Below, one piece after another: positions 20,495 through 30,399 of a DNA stretch of 64,000 bases. The translations under genes were made by a program, and so were the position numbers. Origin of the DNA: an uncultured delta proteobacterium. GTDB taxonomy: Bacteria; Myxococcota_A; Polyangia; Palsa-1104. Each line of letters opens with the position of its first letter. Position 1 is the stretch's first letter. Under the pieces are notes generated by a model. That model worked only from the letters and a program-made list of their open reading frames with translations. It was not told where the DNA came from and did no database searches. The stretch covers positions 382,794-446,793 of the forward strand of contig CAWAWS010000015.1 of assembly GCA_963785725.1 (NCBI GenBank), read 5' to 3'.

Positions 20495-22609
20495 ATGCCA
20501 CGCGACCTGCCTATCGGCAACGAACGTCTGTTGATCCTGTTCGACGACGATTACGTCATCCGCGACTTCTATTATCCGAACGTCGGCAAGGAGAACCACG
20601 CCGGCGGCTATCCGTTCCGCTTCGGCGTCTTCGTCGACGGCAAGTTCTCGTGGGTGCGCCGCGACACCGGCTGGAAGATCGCGCGCGGCTACGAGCGCGA
20701 CACGCTCGTGACCGACGTCGTCTGCACGCACGACGAGCTCGGCCTCACCTTGCACTGCTCGGACTGCGTCGACTTTCACGAGACGTTACTGGTGCGCAAG
20801 GTTCGCGTCGTCAACAAGAGCGACCGCGAGCGCGAGGTGCGGCTCTTTTGGCACCTCGACTTCCGTATCAGCGAATCCGACGTCGGTGACACCGCCGCCT
20901 ACGAGCCCGACACGCAGACCGTCACGCACTACAAAGGCTTCCGCTACTTCATGGCCAACGTCATGGTCGACGGCAAAGCGGGCATCGAGCGCTTCGCCAT
21001 CGGGCAAAAAGGCGCGCCCGGCCGCGACGGCACCTGGCGCGACGCCGAGGACGACGGCAACCTCGGCATGAACCCGATCGCGCAGGGCGCCGTCGACAGC
21101 GTGGCCGCGGCCGCGACGAGGGTGCCCGGCAACGGCGAGAAGCTCGTCTACTACTGGATCGCCGTCGCCAAAGTGTGGGAAGGCGCGTGGGACGGCGCCA
21201 AAGAGCTGAACCTGAAGGTCGTCAAGCGCCATCCCGAGTCATTCATCGCGCGCACGCGATCGTATTGGCGCTTGTGGGTCAATAAGGAGCCGACCGAGTT
21301 CTTCGGCCTGCCGCCGTCCATCGTCGACCTCTACAAGCGATCGTTGCTCATCATTGCGACACATGTCGACGAGGGCGGCGGCATCATCGCGGCCAACGAC
21401 TCCGACATCATGCACTTCGCGCGCGACACCTATTCGTACGTCTGGCCGCGCGACGGCGCGCTCGTCGCCCACGCGCTCGACATGGCCGGCTACGGCGAGA
21501 TGAGCTATCGCTTCTTCGCCTTTTGTGCCGACGTCATCAAGCCCGAGGGCTACCTGCTGCACAAGTACAACCCGGACCGGTCGCTGGCGTCGTCGTGGCA
21601 TCCGTGGGTGGCGGGGCCGATTCAGAAGCCCGGCATGTCGCAGGCCGATCTGAAGCTCGGGCGCGCGCAGCTGCCGATTCAGGAGGACGAGACCGCGCTC
21701 GTCGTGTGGGCGATGTGGCGTCACTTTCAGCGCTATCGCGACATCCAAACGATGAAGCCGCTGTACGGTCGCTTCATCCGCAGGGCCGCCGACTTCATGT
21801 GCGGCTATCGCGAGCCGCACACGAAGCTGCCCGCGCCTTCCTACGACTTGTGGGAAGAGCGGCGCGGCATCTTGACGTTCACGTGCGCCGCCGTGCACGG
21901 CGGGCTGACCGCGGCGGCCGAGTTCGCGCGCGCCTTCGGCGACGACGAGCACGCCGAGCGCTACGCCGCCGCCGCCGCCGAGATCCGCGCCGGCATGGAC
22001 GCGCACCTGTGGCGCCCCGAGCTCGACCGCTTCGCGCGCATGGTCACCGTCGACGACGACGGCGTCGTCACCGTCGACGCGACGATCGACGCCTCCCTGT
22101 ATGGCGCGTTCGCGTTCGGCGCCTATGCTCCCGACGATCCGCGCATCGAGTCGACCATGAAGCAGGTGCGCGACCGCTTGTGGTGCAAGACCGAGGTCGG
22201 CGGCGTGGCCCGTTACGAAGGCGACTACTACCACGCCGTCAGTCAGGACACGCGCAACGTCCCGGGAAATCCTTGGTTCATCTGCACGATGTGGCTGGCG
22301 TTGCATATCGTGCACAAGGCCAAGACGGTCGAGGAGCTGCAGCCGGCGGTCGAAATCCTCGAGTGGGTCGATTCGCGGAAGCTGCCGTCGGGGGTCTTGG
22401 CCGAGCAGGTGAATCCTTACACGAATGCGCCCATGAGCGTGTCACCGCTCACCTGGAGCCATGCCACGGTCGTCGACGTGGTGCAGTCGTATCTCGAAAA
22501 ACGCGAGAGCGTCGAGCGCTGTCCGACTTGCGGCGGGCCAAAACGGCGCAAGATCGAAGGGTACGAGCGCAGCGATTCGGCAACGCCAACCGATCCGCAC
22601 ACTCACTAG
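20495..22609 (+). CDS. Glycoside hydrolase family 15 (glucoamylase/trehalase-like)
   Basis: YSYVWPRDGA, QEDET, YDLWEER, LAEQV, PLTWSHA. Confidence 0.92.
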   Translation: MPRDLPIGNERLLILFDDDYVIRDFYYPNVGKENHAGGYPFRFGVFVDGKFSWVRRDTGWKIARGYERDTLVTDVVCTHDELGLTLHCSDCVDFHETLLVRKVRVVNKSDREREVRLFWHLDFRISESDVGDTAAYEPDTQTVTHYKGFRYFMANVMVDGKAGIERFAIGQKGAPGRDGTWRDAEDDGNLGMNPIAQGAVDSVAAAATRVPGNGEKLVYYWIAVAKVWEGAWDGAKELNLKVVKRHPESFIARTRSYWRLWVNKEPTEFFGLPPSIVDLYKRSLLIIATHVDEGGGIIAANDSDIMHFARDTYSYVWPRDGALVAHALDMAGYGEMSYRFFAFCADVIKPEGYLLHKYNPDRSLASSWHPWVAGPIQKPGMSQADLKLGRAQLPIQEDETALVVWAMWRHFQRYRDIQTMKPLYGRFIRRAADFMCGYREPHTKLPAPSYDLWEERRGILTFTCAAVHGGLTAAAEFARAFGDDEHAERYAAAAAEIRAGMDAHLWRPELDRFARMVTVDDDGVVTVDATIDASLYGAFAFGAYAPDDPRIESTMKQVRDRLWCKTEVGGVARYEGDYYHAVSQDTRNVPGNPWFICTMWLALHIVHKAKTVEELQPAVEILEWVDSRKLPSGVLAEQVNPYTNAPMSVSPLTWSHATVVDVVQSYLEKRESVERCPTCGGPKRRKIEGYERSDSATPTDPHTH

Positions 22610-22618
22610 AGGGCTCCC

Positions 22619-24175
22619 ATGTCAGGACCGGCCGAAAGTCCGCACGAGAATCCGCTTCGCGAGGGTTTGCAGGGCGAGCGCATGCCGCCACCGACGACGA
22701 TGGTGATCTTCGGCGCGTCGGGCGATCTGACCAAGCGCAAGCTACTGCCGGCGCTCTATTCCTTGGCGCGCGACCGCTTGTTGCCGCCGGTGTTCAACGT
22801 CGTCGGCGTGGCTCGGCGCGACATCGGCGACGAGGCGTTCCGCAAGCAGATGCGCGATGGATGTGACAAATATGCGCGCCGGCGTCCGGTCGAGGAGACG
22901 CTGTGGCAGTCCTTCGAGCCGAACATCCACTACACGGCCGGCACCTTCGAGAGCGACGACACCTACAAGAAGCTCGAAGAGAAGCTGAACCAGATCGATC
23001 CCAAAGGCGAAACCGGGCGCGTCTTCTACTTGTCGACGCCGCCGTCGGAGTATCCGATCATCGTCAAGAAGCTGGGCGAGAGCGGGCTCATCAACAAGGG
23101 CGCCTACACGCGCGTCATCATCGAGAAGCCGTTCGGGCGCGACCTGGAGTCGGCCAAAGCGCTCAACAAAGAAGTGCACCAGCATCTGCGCGAAGATCAG
23201 ACCTATCGCATCGATCATTATCTCGGCAAAGAGACGGTGCAGAACATCCTCGTCTTCCGCTTCGCCAACGGCATTTGGGAGCCGCTGTGGAACGGCCGTT
23301 ACATCGATCATGTGCAGCTGACCGTCGCCGAGGCGATCGGCGTCGAAGGGCGCGGCGGCTACTTCGAGCAGGCCGGCATCGTGCGCGACATGGTGCAGAA
23401 CCACATGTTCCAGTTCTTGTGTCTGATGGCGATGGAGCCGCCGGTCGCGTTCGAGGCCGAGTCGGTGCGCGACGAGAAGCTGAAGGTGCTGCAGTCGCTC
23501 AGGCCGCTGCCGGTGACGCCGGAAGAGCTCGGCAAGCTCGTCGTGCGCGGGCAGTATTCGCAGGGCTTCGTCAACGGCGAGGAGGTCATCGCCTATCGCG
23601 ACGAGGCGGGCGTCGACAAGCAGTCGAACGTCGAGACCTTCGTCGCCATCAAGCTGCACATCGACAACTGGCGCTGGGCGGGCGTGCCGTTCTACTTGCG
23701 CGCCGGCAAGGCGCTGCCGAAGCGGGTCACCGAGATCGCGATTCACTTCAAGCGCGCGCCGCACTCGCTGTTCTCGAACGGCCCGAAGTCGCGCGGCCGG
23801 CTGGCCGACGAGCCCAACGTGCTGACGATCCGCATCCAGCCCGACGAAGGCATCTCGCTCAAGTTCTTCTCCAAGGTGCCGGGTCCGACGATGGATCTGT
23901 TGCCGGTGCCGATGGAGTTCCGCTACGGGACGTCGTTCGGCTCGGAGCCGCCGGAGGCCTACGAGCGGCTCATCTTGGACTGCCTGCTCGGCGACGGCAC
24001 CTTGTTCACGCGCGGCGATGAAGTGGAAGCGTCGTGGACCTGGATCGATCGCATCGAGAAGGCGTGGGCGACGGGACCGAAGCCGCAGCTGCCGAATTAC
24101 GAGGCCGGCAGCTGGGGTCCGACGGCGGCCGACAAGCTCATCGAGGACGACGGGCGCGTCTGGAGAAAGCCGTGA
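22619..24175 (+). CDS. zwf: Glucose-6-phosphate 1-dehydrogenase
   Basis: GASGDLTKRKL, EKPFG, RIDHYLGKE, RWAGVPFYLR, YERL. Confidence 0.98.
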   Translation: MSGPAESPHENPLREGLQGERMPPPTTMVIFGASGDLTKRKLLPALYSLARDRLLPPVFNVVGVARRDIGDEAFRKQMRDGCDKYARRRPVEETLWQSFEPNIHYTAGTFESDDTYKKLEEKLNQIDPKGETGRVFYLSTPPSEYPIIVKKLGESGLINKGAYTRVIIEKPFGRDLESAKALNKEVHQHLREDQTYRIDHYLGKETVQNILVFRFANGIWEPLWNGRYIDHVQLTVAEAIGVEGRGGYFEQAGIVRDMVQNHMFQFLCLMAMEPPVAFEAESVRDEKLKVLQSLRPLPVTPEELGKLVVRGQYSQGFVNGEEVIAYRDEAGVDKQSNVETFVAIKLHIDNWRWAGVPFYLRAGKALPKRVTEIAIHFKRAPHSLFSNGPKSRGRLADEPNVLTIRIQPDEGISLKFFSKVPGPTMDLLPVPMEFRYGTSFGSEPPEAYERLILDCLLGDGTLFTRGDEVEASWTWIDRIEKAWATGPKPQLPNYEAGSWGPTAADKLIEDDGRVWRKP

Positions 24176-25296
24176 GCACGCCAGCCGACAAAGGCGATCA
24201 TCTCGCCGAGTTCGAGCGCGGCGACGCCATCGAAGTGCCGGTCGGTCGCATCGAGGCCGAATTGGGCGGGCTGTGGCGGCGCGCGGCGCAGACGACCGGC
24301 AAGCCGAAAGCGGTGACGCGCGCCTGCTTGTGGAACCTCGTCATTCGCGTGCCCGACGCCGAGCATTTCTCCGCCATCAAGCGGCTCGTCGACGAGCTGT
24401 CGCAGCGGCTGCCGGCGCGCACGATCGTGACGCGGCCCGAGCTGCACTCGCCCGACGGCCTGCGCGCCTGGGTCGAGGCCAACTGGCGCCGTCCCGAAGG
24501 CACGGGCGCGGCGTCGGGCTCGGACGAAGTGACCTTGTGGGCGGGCGGCGCGCAAGTCGAGCGCTTGTCGTCGCTGGTGCGGGCGCTGCTCTATCCGGAC
24601 GCGCCGACGGCGATGTATTGGCCGGGCGCGCTGCCGGAGAAGCTGCGGCCGCACCTGCGCGAGCTCATCCACGAGGCCGATCGGCTCATCGTCGACACGC
24701 GCAAGCTGGTCGACGAGCACGGCTTGGGGCAGCTGTGCAGCATCGCCGCCGCCGATCCCGACATGGAGCTGGCCGATCTGTCGTGGCTGGGCATCTCGCC
24801 GCTGCGCGGAATCTTGGCGTCGCTGTTCGATCCGCCGCGCGATCCGACGCAGCTGCAGCGCATCGATCGCGCCCGCGTCACGTCGAACATTCAAGGCACG
24901 CAAGCGCGCGGCCTGTTGGCGCTCGGTTGGCTCATGTCGCGGCTCGGCTGGCACAACGCGCGCCGCCTGCCCGACGGTAAGTCGCTGCGCAGCTGGCAGC
25001 TCGAGCGCGGCGACGGCAAGGCGGTTCGTCTCGAGCTGGCGACGGCGACCGGGTCGTCGACGCACGGCGTGGCCGGCCTCGAGCTCTTCGCCGGCGCCGG
25101 CAACGACGACCGCTGGGCCTTGACGCGCGACGACTGCATCCACATCCGCTGCCCCGGCCTGCCGCCGCGCATGCAGCCGGCGCGCAGTCACGGCGACGCC
25201 GAGCTCTTGGCCTCGGCGCTCGGCGCGCGCGGTCGCGATCCCATGTACAAGCAGGCGCTGGCCTCGGCGGCCGCGCTCGTGGAGGCCACAGCATGA
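24172..25296 (+). CDS. opcA: G6PDH assembly/effector protein OpcA
   Basis: Between zwf and pgl with 4-bp overlaps (GTG 24172); IEAELGGLWR, RACLWNL, LLYPDAPTAMYW, LADLSW...LASLFD. Confidence 0.85.
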   Translation: MSTPADKGDHLAEFERGDAIEVPVGRIEAELGGLWRRAAQTTGKPKAVTRACLWNLVIRVPDAEHFSAIKRLVDELSQRLPARTIVTRPELHSPDGLRAWVEANWRRPEGTGAASGSDEVTLWAGGAQVERLSSLVRALLYPDAPTAMYWPGALPEKLRPHLRELIHEADRLIVDTRKLVDEHGLGQLCSIAAADPDMELADLSWLGISPLRGILASLFDPPRDPTQLQRIDRARVTSNIQGTQARGLLALGWLMSRLGWHNARRLPDGKSLRSWQLERGDGKAVRLELATATGSSTHGVAGLELFAGAGNDDRWALTRDDCIHIRCPGLPPRMQPARSHGDAELLASALGARGRDPMYKQALASAAALVEATA

Positions 25297-26030
25297 CGCC
25301 CATCAAGACCGCGCGCGGTGAAGTCTTCGTCTACGAGAACGCCGACGCCGTCGCGCACGCCGCTGCCGACGTCTTCGCCACCTGCGTCAAAGGCGTGCTC
25401 GCCGATTCGGCGACGGCCAAGGTCGCGCTGTCGGGCGGCTCGACGCCCAAAGCGCTCTTCAAGCTGCTGGCGTCGCCCAATTGGCGCGATCACATCGAGT
25501 GGAAGCGCATCGAGATCTTCTTCGCCGACGAGCGCTGTGTGCCGCCCGATCACGCCGACTCCAACTACCGGATGGCGCGCGAGACGCTGCTCGATCACGT
25601 GCCGCTGGCCGCCGATCACGTCCATCGCATCGCCGGAGAGCGTCCGCCGGCGGAGGCGGCGACGCATTACGCGCAGCTCCTGACGCGGCTCGGCGACCCG
25701 CCGCGGCTCGATCTCCTCTTGCTCGGCATGGGGCCGGATGGTCATACGGCGTCGCTGTTTCCGGGGACGGCCGTCCTCAACGAGCAGCGCGCGCTGGCGG
25801 CGCCGGTGTACGTGCAGCGGCTCGAGAGCTGGCGCGTGACGATGACGGCGCCGGTGTTGTCGGCGGCCTCGCACGTCATCGTGACCACGGTCGGCGACGA
25901 GAAGGCGAACGCGCTGGCGACGGCGCTCGCGGGTCCCGATGGCGCCGTGCCGATTCAGCTCGTGCACGCGCGTGACATGCGCTGGCTGGTGGACGAGGCG
26001 GCTGCGCAAAAGTGGCGCGCAAACCGTTAA
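25293..26030 (+). CDS. pgl: 6-phosphogluconolactonase
   Basis: ALSGGSTP, DERCVPPDHADSN, LLGMGPDGHTASLFP. Confidence 0.96.
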   Translation: MTPIKTARGEVFVYENADAVAHAAADVFATCVKGVLADSATAKVALSGGSTPKALFKLLASPNWRDHIEWKRIEIFFADERCVPPDHADSNYRMARETLLDHVPLAADHVHRIAGERPPAEAATHYAQLLTRLGDPPRLDLLLLGMGPDGHTASLFPGTAVLNEQRALAAPVYVQRLESWRVTMTAPVLSAASHVIVTTVGDEKANALATALAGPDGAVPIQLVHARDMRWLVDEAAAQKWRANR

Positions 26031-26067
26031 CTTCATGTATGGTGCGCGCTTCTAAGGAGATACGGAA

Positions 26068-26232
26068 ATGGCCAGCCGAACCAAGCGACGGGTCAAGCAG
26101 CGGTCCAAGGCGCACCGCAAAGTCACGAAGGCGAAGCGTACGCGCAAGAAGAAGGCGCATCCGAAGGTCGGCTACGGCGCCAAGAAGCGTCGCGCGCGCA
26201 AAGCGGCGCGTGTCGCCGCGCGCAAAGCCTAA
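26068..26232 (+). CDS. Ultra-basic 54-aa protein (not in the ORF track)
   Basis: TAAGGAG SD then ATG; MASRTKRRVKQRSKAHRKVTKAKRTRKKKAHPKVGYGAKKRRARKAARVAARKA*. Confidence 0.75.
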   Translation: MASRTKRRVKQRSKAHRKVTKAKRTRKKKAHPKVGYGAKKRRARKAARVAARKA

Positions 26233-26343
26233 GCGTTACGATCGCCTCGGCTTCGCAGCAGCAGCAGTTGTCGTTGCAGTTGTAGATAGGCTTGCGATGA
26301 CGGCGCCGACCGGCGCGCGTCACTTCCGATAGCCGAACGCCGC

Positions 26344-26383
26344 CGTCGCCGACGAAGAGGTCACGCCTCTTCGTGCGGCGACG
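26344..26383. terminator. Long hairpin between convergent genes
   Basis: CGTCGCCGACGAAGAGG-TCACG-CCTCTTCGT(G)CGGCGACG, 17-bp stem with one bulge. Confidence 0.5.
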
Positions 26384-26453
26384 TTCGTGCGTTCACGTGC
26401 GGCAATCGCGTCATGCATTGCGCGACGTGCGTGGGCGCGTGCGCGAAGCGGCG

Positions 26454-28311
26454 TTACGGCAGCGGCGGTAGGGCGGCCAGCGACGGCGGCAGCGCGCCGC
26501 GCACGACGACGAGCGCCGGGCCGTCGTCGAGCGCGGCCAGCCAGCCGGCCGGATCGGCGGCGCTGTCGATGATCGGCCAGGCGCCGAGCAGTCGCGCCTC
26601 GCACAGCCGGTCGGCCAAGATCCGGCGCGGACGGTCGCTCGCGTCGCCGTTGCCTTCGAGCGGCAACAGCGCGACGTCGTAGCCGAAGCGCGCGGCCAAG
26701 TCGGCGCCGAGCGCGGGCAGCGGACCGTCGGTGCACAGGTGTGCCGGCCCGCTCGGCGGCAGCTGATGCGCGCCCTGGCCGTGCACCACCGTCAAACGCG
26801 GCGGCGCGCCGTCGAGGAAGCGAGCCGCCGCCGCGCGCAATCGGAGCCGTCCGTCGCGCGCCCGCGCCAGCCTGAGGCGCGCCAAGATGCCGCGCCCGAG
26901 CGCTTCGTCCCAGCTGTCGTCGTCGGCGGCCGCGCCGTCGTTGAGAGCGCGCGCCAGAATCGCCGCCGGCACGCCGTCGTGACCGAGCAGCCGCGCGCCG
27001 TAGACGATCGCCAGCGCTCGCTGCGAACGCGGACCCAGCCCCAAGCGCTCGGCCGCCTCCGCCAGCTGCGTGTCCACGAACGTCGGCAGCGGCCGCTTCG
27101 TGCGCGGCTGCGCCAGGAGCTGCTCGGCCCAGTCGCACAGCCGCTCGCGCCACGCGCTGCCCGACGGCCCGGCTTCGGCCGCTTCTTCGTCTTCGCTCAG
27201 CTGCGCGTCGAGCTCCAGCTCTTCGGCGCCGTCGTCGCTGTCGGTCGTATCGAACGCGGCCGCGGCGCTGTCGGCGAGCGGCTCCGGCGCCAGCGCAACC
27301 GCGGCGGCGGCGCGGCCTTCGTGCAAGCGCGCGCGCCAGTCACCGGCCGATGCCGATGCCGGCGCCGCGCGTCGCCGTTCGCTCGGCGGTCGTCGCGGCG
27401 GCGCCCGCGGACGGCTTCATCGCTTCGGCCGCGACGACGCGCGGCAGCGGAATCCACTCCGGCGCGCCGCCGCCGCCCATATGCACGACGAGCATCGGCG
27501 GCATGCTCTCGACGACGCACATCGCCTGCGGCCCGGCCACCTCCAGCTCACGCCGCTCACCGCGCGCGAAGTCGAGCTCGACGAGCTTGGCCGCCGCACC
27601 GACGTCGTTGCGCGTGGCCACGATGAGCCGCGGCGACTCGGGATGGCCGGTCGCGCCCACGACCGGCGTCTCCAGATCGACGCGCGCCTGCAGACGCCCG
27701 TCGGAGTAACGATAGACCTCGATCGCCGCCTGCGCCGTCGTGCCCGCGATCCACAAGACGCGCCGCCGCGACGAGAAGCCGGCCATGGTCGCCGTCGCCA
27801 TCAGCGGCAAATTGAGGCGGAAGAGCGCGCGCCGGACCTGCGGATCCCAGCATTCGAGCTGCTGATCGCGACCGCGCGACGCCACCAGCAGCCGCTCTTC
27901 GGGCGCCGCCGTCGCCAACATGACCGGCTCGCGAATGGCGATCGGATCGAGGTAGATGCGGCTCGTGACGAGGACGATGCGCGGCTGCTCGAAGCTCTCG
28001 GTGGTCACGAGCGCCCGGCTCGGCATGAAGCAGACCGCGCGCAGCCGCTCTTCCAGCTCCAGCTGCGCCACCAGCTCCAGCGCCGGCAGCGAATAGGCCA
28101 TCAGCGACGTGCGACCATCGCCGGGCACGATGGCGAGCAGCTTGTCGCCGACGAAGCCGATCTGCGCGTTGCTGGCCTCGGGCGGCAGCGAGCGCGATGC
28201 CAGCTCCTGCTTCGACACCGCGTCGTAAAGAGTCAGCTTCTCGGCGGCGCAGACGACGTAGGGCTGATCCTCCGCCGCCACCAGCTCCGGCGCTCCCGGC
28301 ACAAGACGCAT
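26454..28311 (-). CDS. Hypothetical protein: beta-rich N-terminus, acidic linker, helical domain; probably one gene with a frameshift at ~27340
   Basis: ORFs 27340..28311 and 26454..27326 join across GGT GAC TGG CGC (GDWRARLHEG); the second ORF has no SD or clear start. Confidence 0.6.
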
Positions 28312-28370
28312 CGCTCGTTCATAGCGGAAAAGGCCGGTCGCGAACAGTCGCGCAGTCGCGCAGTCGCGAG

Positions 28371-28925
28371 TTACGGCGAGGTAAACGCGACCGGATCGAA
28401 ATCCGACGACTGCAACAGGCTCGACTCGGCGCCGGTGAAGAAGATGCCGAAGCCGACGTGCGAGCCGTCGACCATCGCGTCGAGGTAGATCGGGTCGGTG
28501 GACGAGACCATGTCGACGCCGTCGAGCGCGCTGCCGGGCGTGGACTCGAACGTAAAGGAGCTGTTGTCGCTGGCCAGCGTCAGGTTCTCGTCGCCGAAGA
28601 AGGGCAGGAGCTGCGTCGGGTCGAATTGGCCGTCGGTGGAGATGGTGCCGCTGTACTGCGAGGTCGAGCCGCTGAAGTCGCTCCAGGTGACGCGATAGCC
28701 GCCGTTGCCGTTGGCGGTGACGATGAAGCCGCGATCGTTGGCCGGCAGCTCGGACGCGGCGTTGGCGCGCACGCGATAGCCGGGCAGGCCTTGCGCGCCG
28801 AGCGGGTGCGCCTGGTCGAGCACGACGACGCCGCCGTGATCGTGATCGACGAAGCAGCCGGCCGCGGTCAGGCCGAACAGCGTCATGAGCGATAAGGACG
28901 AAAGAGAACGAAGGGCTAAGCGCAT
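28371..28925 (-). CDS. Hypothetical lipoprotein (beta-rich)
   Basis: Signal peptide with lipobox AAGC; typical codon usage. Confidence 0.8.
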   Translation of the reverse strand: MRLALRSLSSLSLMTLFGLTAAGCFVDHDHGGVVVLDQAHPLGAQGLPGYRVRANAASELPANDRGFIVTANGNGGYRVTWSDFSGSTSQYSGTISTDGQFDPTQLLPFFGDENLTLASDNSSFTFESTPGSALDGVDMVSSTDPIYLDAMVDGSHVGFGIFFTGAESSLLQSSDFDPVAFTSP

Positions 28926-28969
28926 GGCCGTTATACGCGCGAGCGGCGCGATTTGTTCAATGCGCGCGG

Positions 28970-30338
28970 CTAACGCAGCGAGCCTTCGCGCACGCCGCGG
29001 GCGACGAGGCCGAGCTTTTCCCAGCCTTTACGGCCGAGGCCGATCATCGAGCGCACGCGGCCGGCCAGCGACGGCTCGTTCACGGCGCCGCGCAAGACGG
29101 ACGACGTCGACTTGCGCACGACCGTCAGATATTCGCGCAAGAACGCCGGCAAGCGACTCTCGTGACCGGACAGGAGCGCCATCGAGCGGGCGCGCGCCTT
29201 CACCGAGTCGTTCCAATAGCGGAAGATGCCGTCGCGGATGGCGCGCGTGCCGTCTTCGGTGCCGCGGAAGACTTCGTAGAGCGCGTCGGCCAAGAGCTCG
29301 CGGGCGCGCACGAAGCGGTAACGCTCGGTCTGATAGCGCGCCAACGCGCGATCGACGGCGGCGCGATCGTGCAAGTCGACGGTGACGAGCGCGTCGGCGA
29401 GCAGCTGCGTGTCGTTGAGCGCGATGGTCATGCCCGTCGCCGTCAGCGGATGCGAGCAGCCGGCGGCGTCGCCGATGAGCGCCGCGCCCGGCACCGTGCA
29501 CTCGTCGGTGTAGATGGCGTAGTTGGCCGCGACCTCGATGTCGCCCGCGTCGAGCGCGCGCAACAAGCGTCGCGCGCACGGCTTCCGGCAGATGCGGCGC
29601 GTAGCTGGCGCGCAGCCGCGCGATCACCGCCTCTTTGCCCTTGTCCATGTCGCACGGCAGGTCGATGCAGGTGCGCGCGTCGCTCTTGCTGATCGGGTAG
29701 ACGAGGATCGGTCCCCACGCGCCCAAGAAGATGTGGCCGTAGCCGGGATTGGGCAGCGGGCAGCTCTCCAGCAGCGCCGCCGCCGTGAACGACAGGAGCG
29801 TGGCGCGCTCGGGGATCTCGGTGAGCGCGCGAATCTTCGAGTGTCGACCGTCGCAGGCGATGACGAGCGGCGCCAAGATCGGTCCGCTCGCGGTCATGAC
29901 GCCGATGACGCGCTCCTGATCGCGCACGAGCTCGGTCACGCGCTCGCCTTGGCGCAGCTCGATGCCCGCTTTGCCCGCCATGCGCGCGCGCAGCGTGTCG
30001 ACGAGCGCGTGGTGATCGATGGCGAAGCCGTGCGGCCGCGATCCGCTGATTTCGTCGTACGGCAGCCGCGTCGTCTTGCCGCTCGCCTGCACGCAGGCGA
30101 AGCCACGCACTTCGGCGCCGCCCGCGGTCTTCAGCGCGTCCCAGAAGCCGCGCGCCTCCAACACGTCGACGCCGTGCGGATGAATCAGCTCGCCGTTGAA
30201 GCGCGGATTCTTGCCCGCGCGCGCCTCGAGCACGAGGATTTTGCGGTCGCCGTCAGCCAGCGCCGTCGCCATCGCGCAACCGGAAAGCCCGCCGCCGACG
30301 ACGATGACGTCGTAACGAGGCGCGTTCTGAATCTGCAT
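28970..30338 (-). CDS. FAD-dependent monooxygenase, squalene epoxidase-like; frameshift at ~29565
   Basis: GGGLSG, RFNGELIHPHG, DGRHS, GHIFLG..GPILVYPI, then GDAAGCSHPLTATGMTIALND in the second frame. Confidence 0.8.
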
Positions 30339-30399
30339 CGGAAAGCGAGGGTACACGCGGCCTTGCGGTCACGCAACGGGCGGGCGATGATGTCGGGCG

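Noticed and set aside
26236..26290. tmRNA tag-like sequence (minus strand ACAACTGCAACGACAACTGCTGCTGC) and Cys-run ORF 26123..26323
   Set aside because: No tRNA-like domain or CCA end, and the frame does not give ANDN...AA*. The ORF overlaps the better-supported basic protein antisense.
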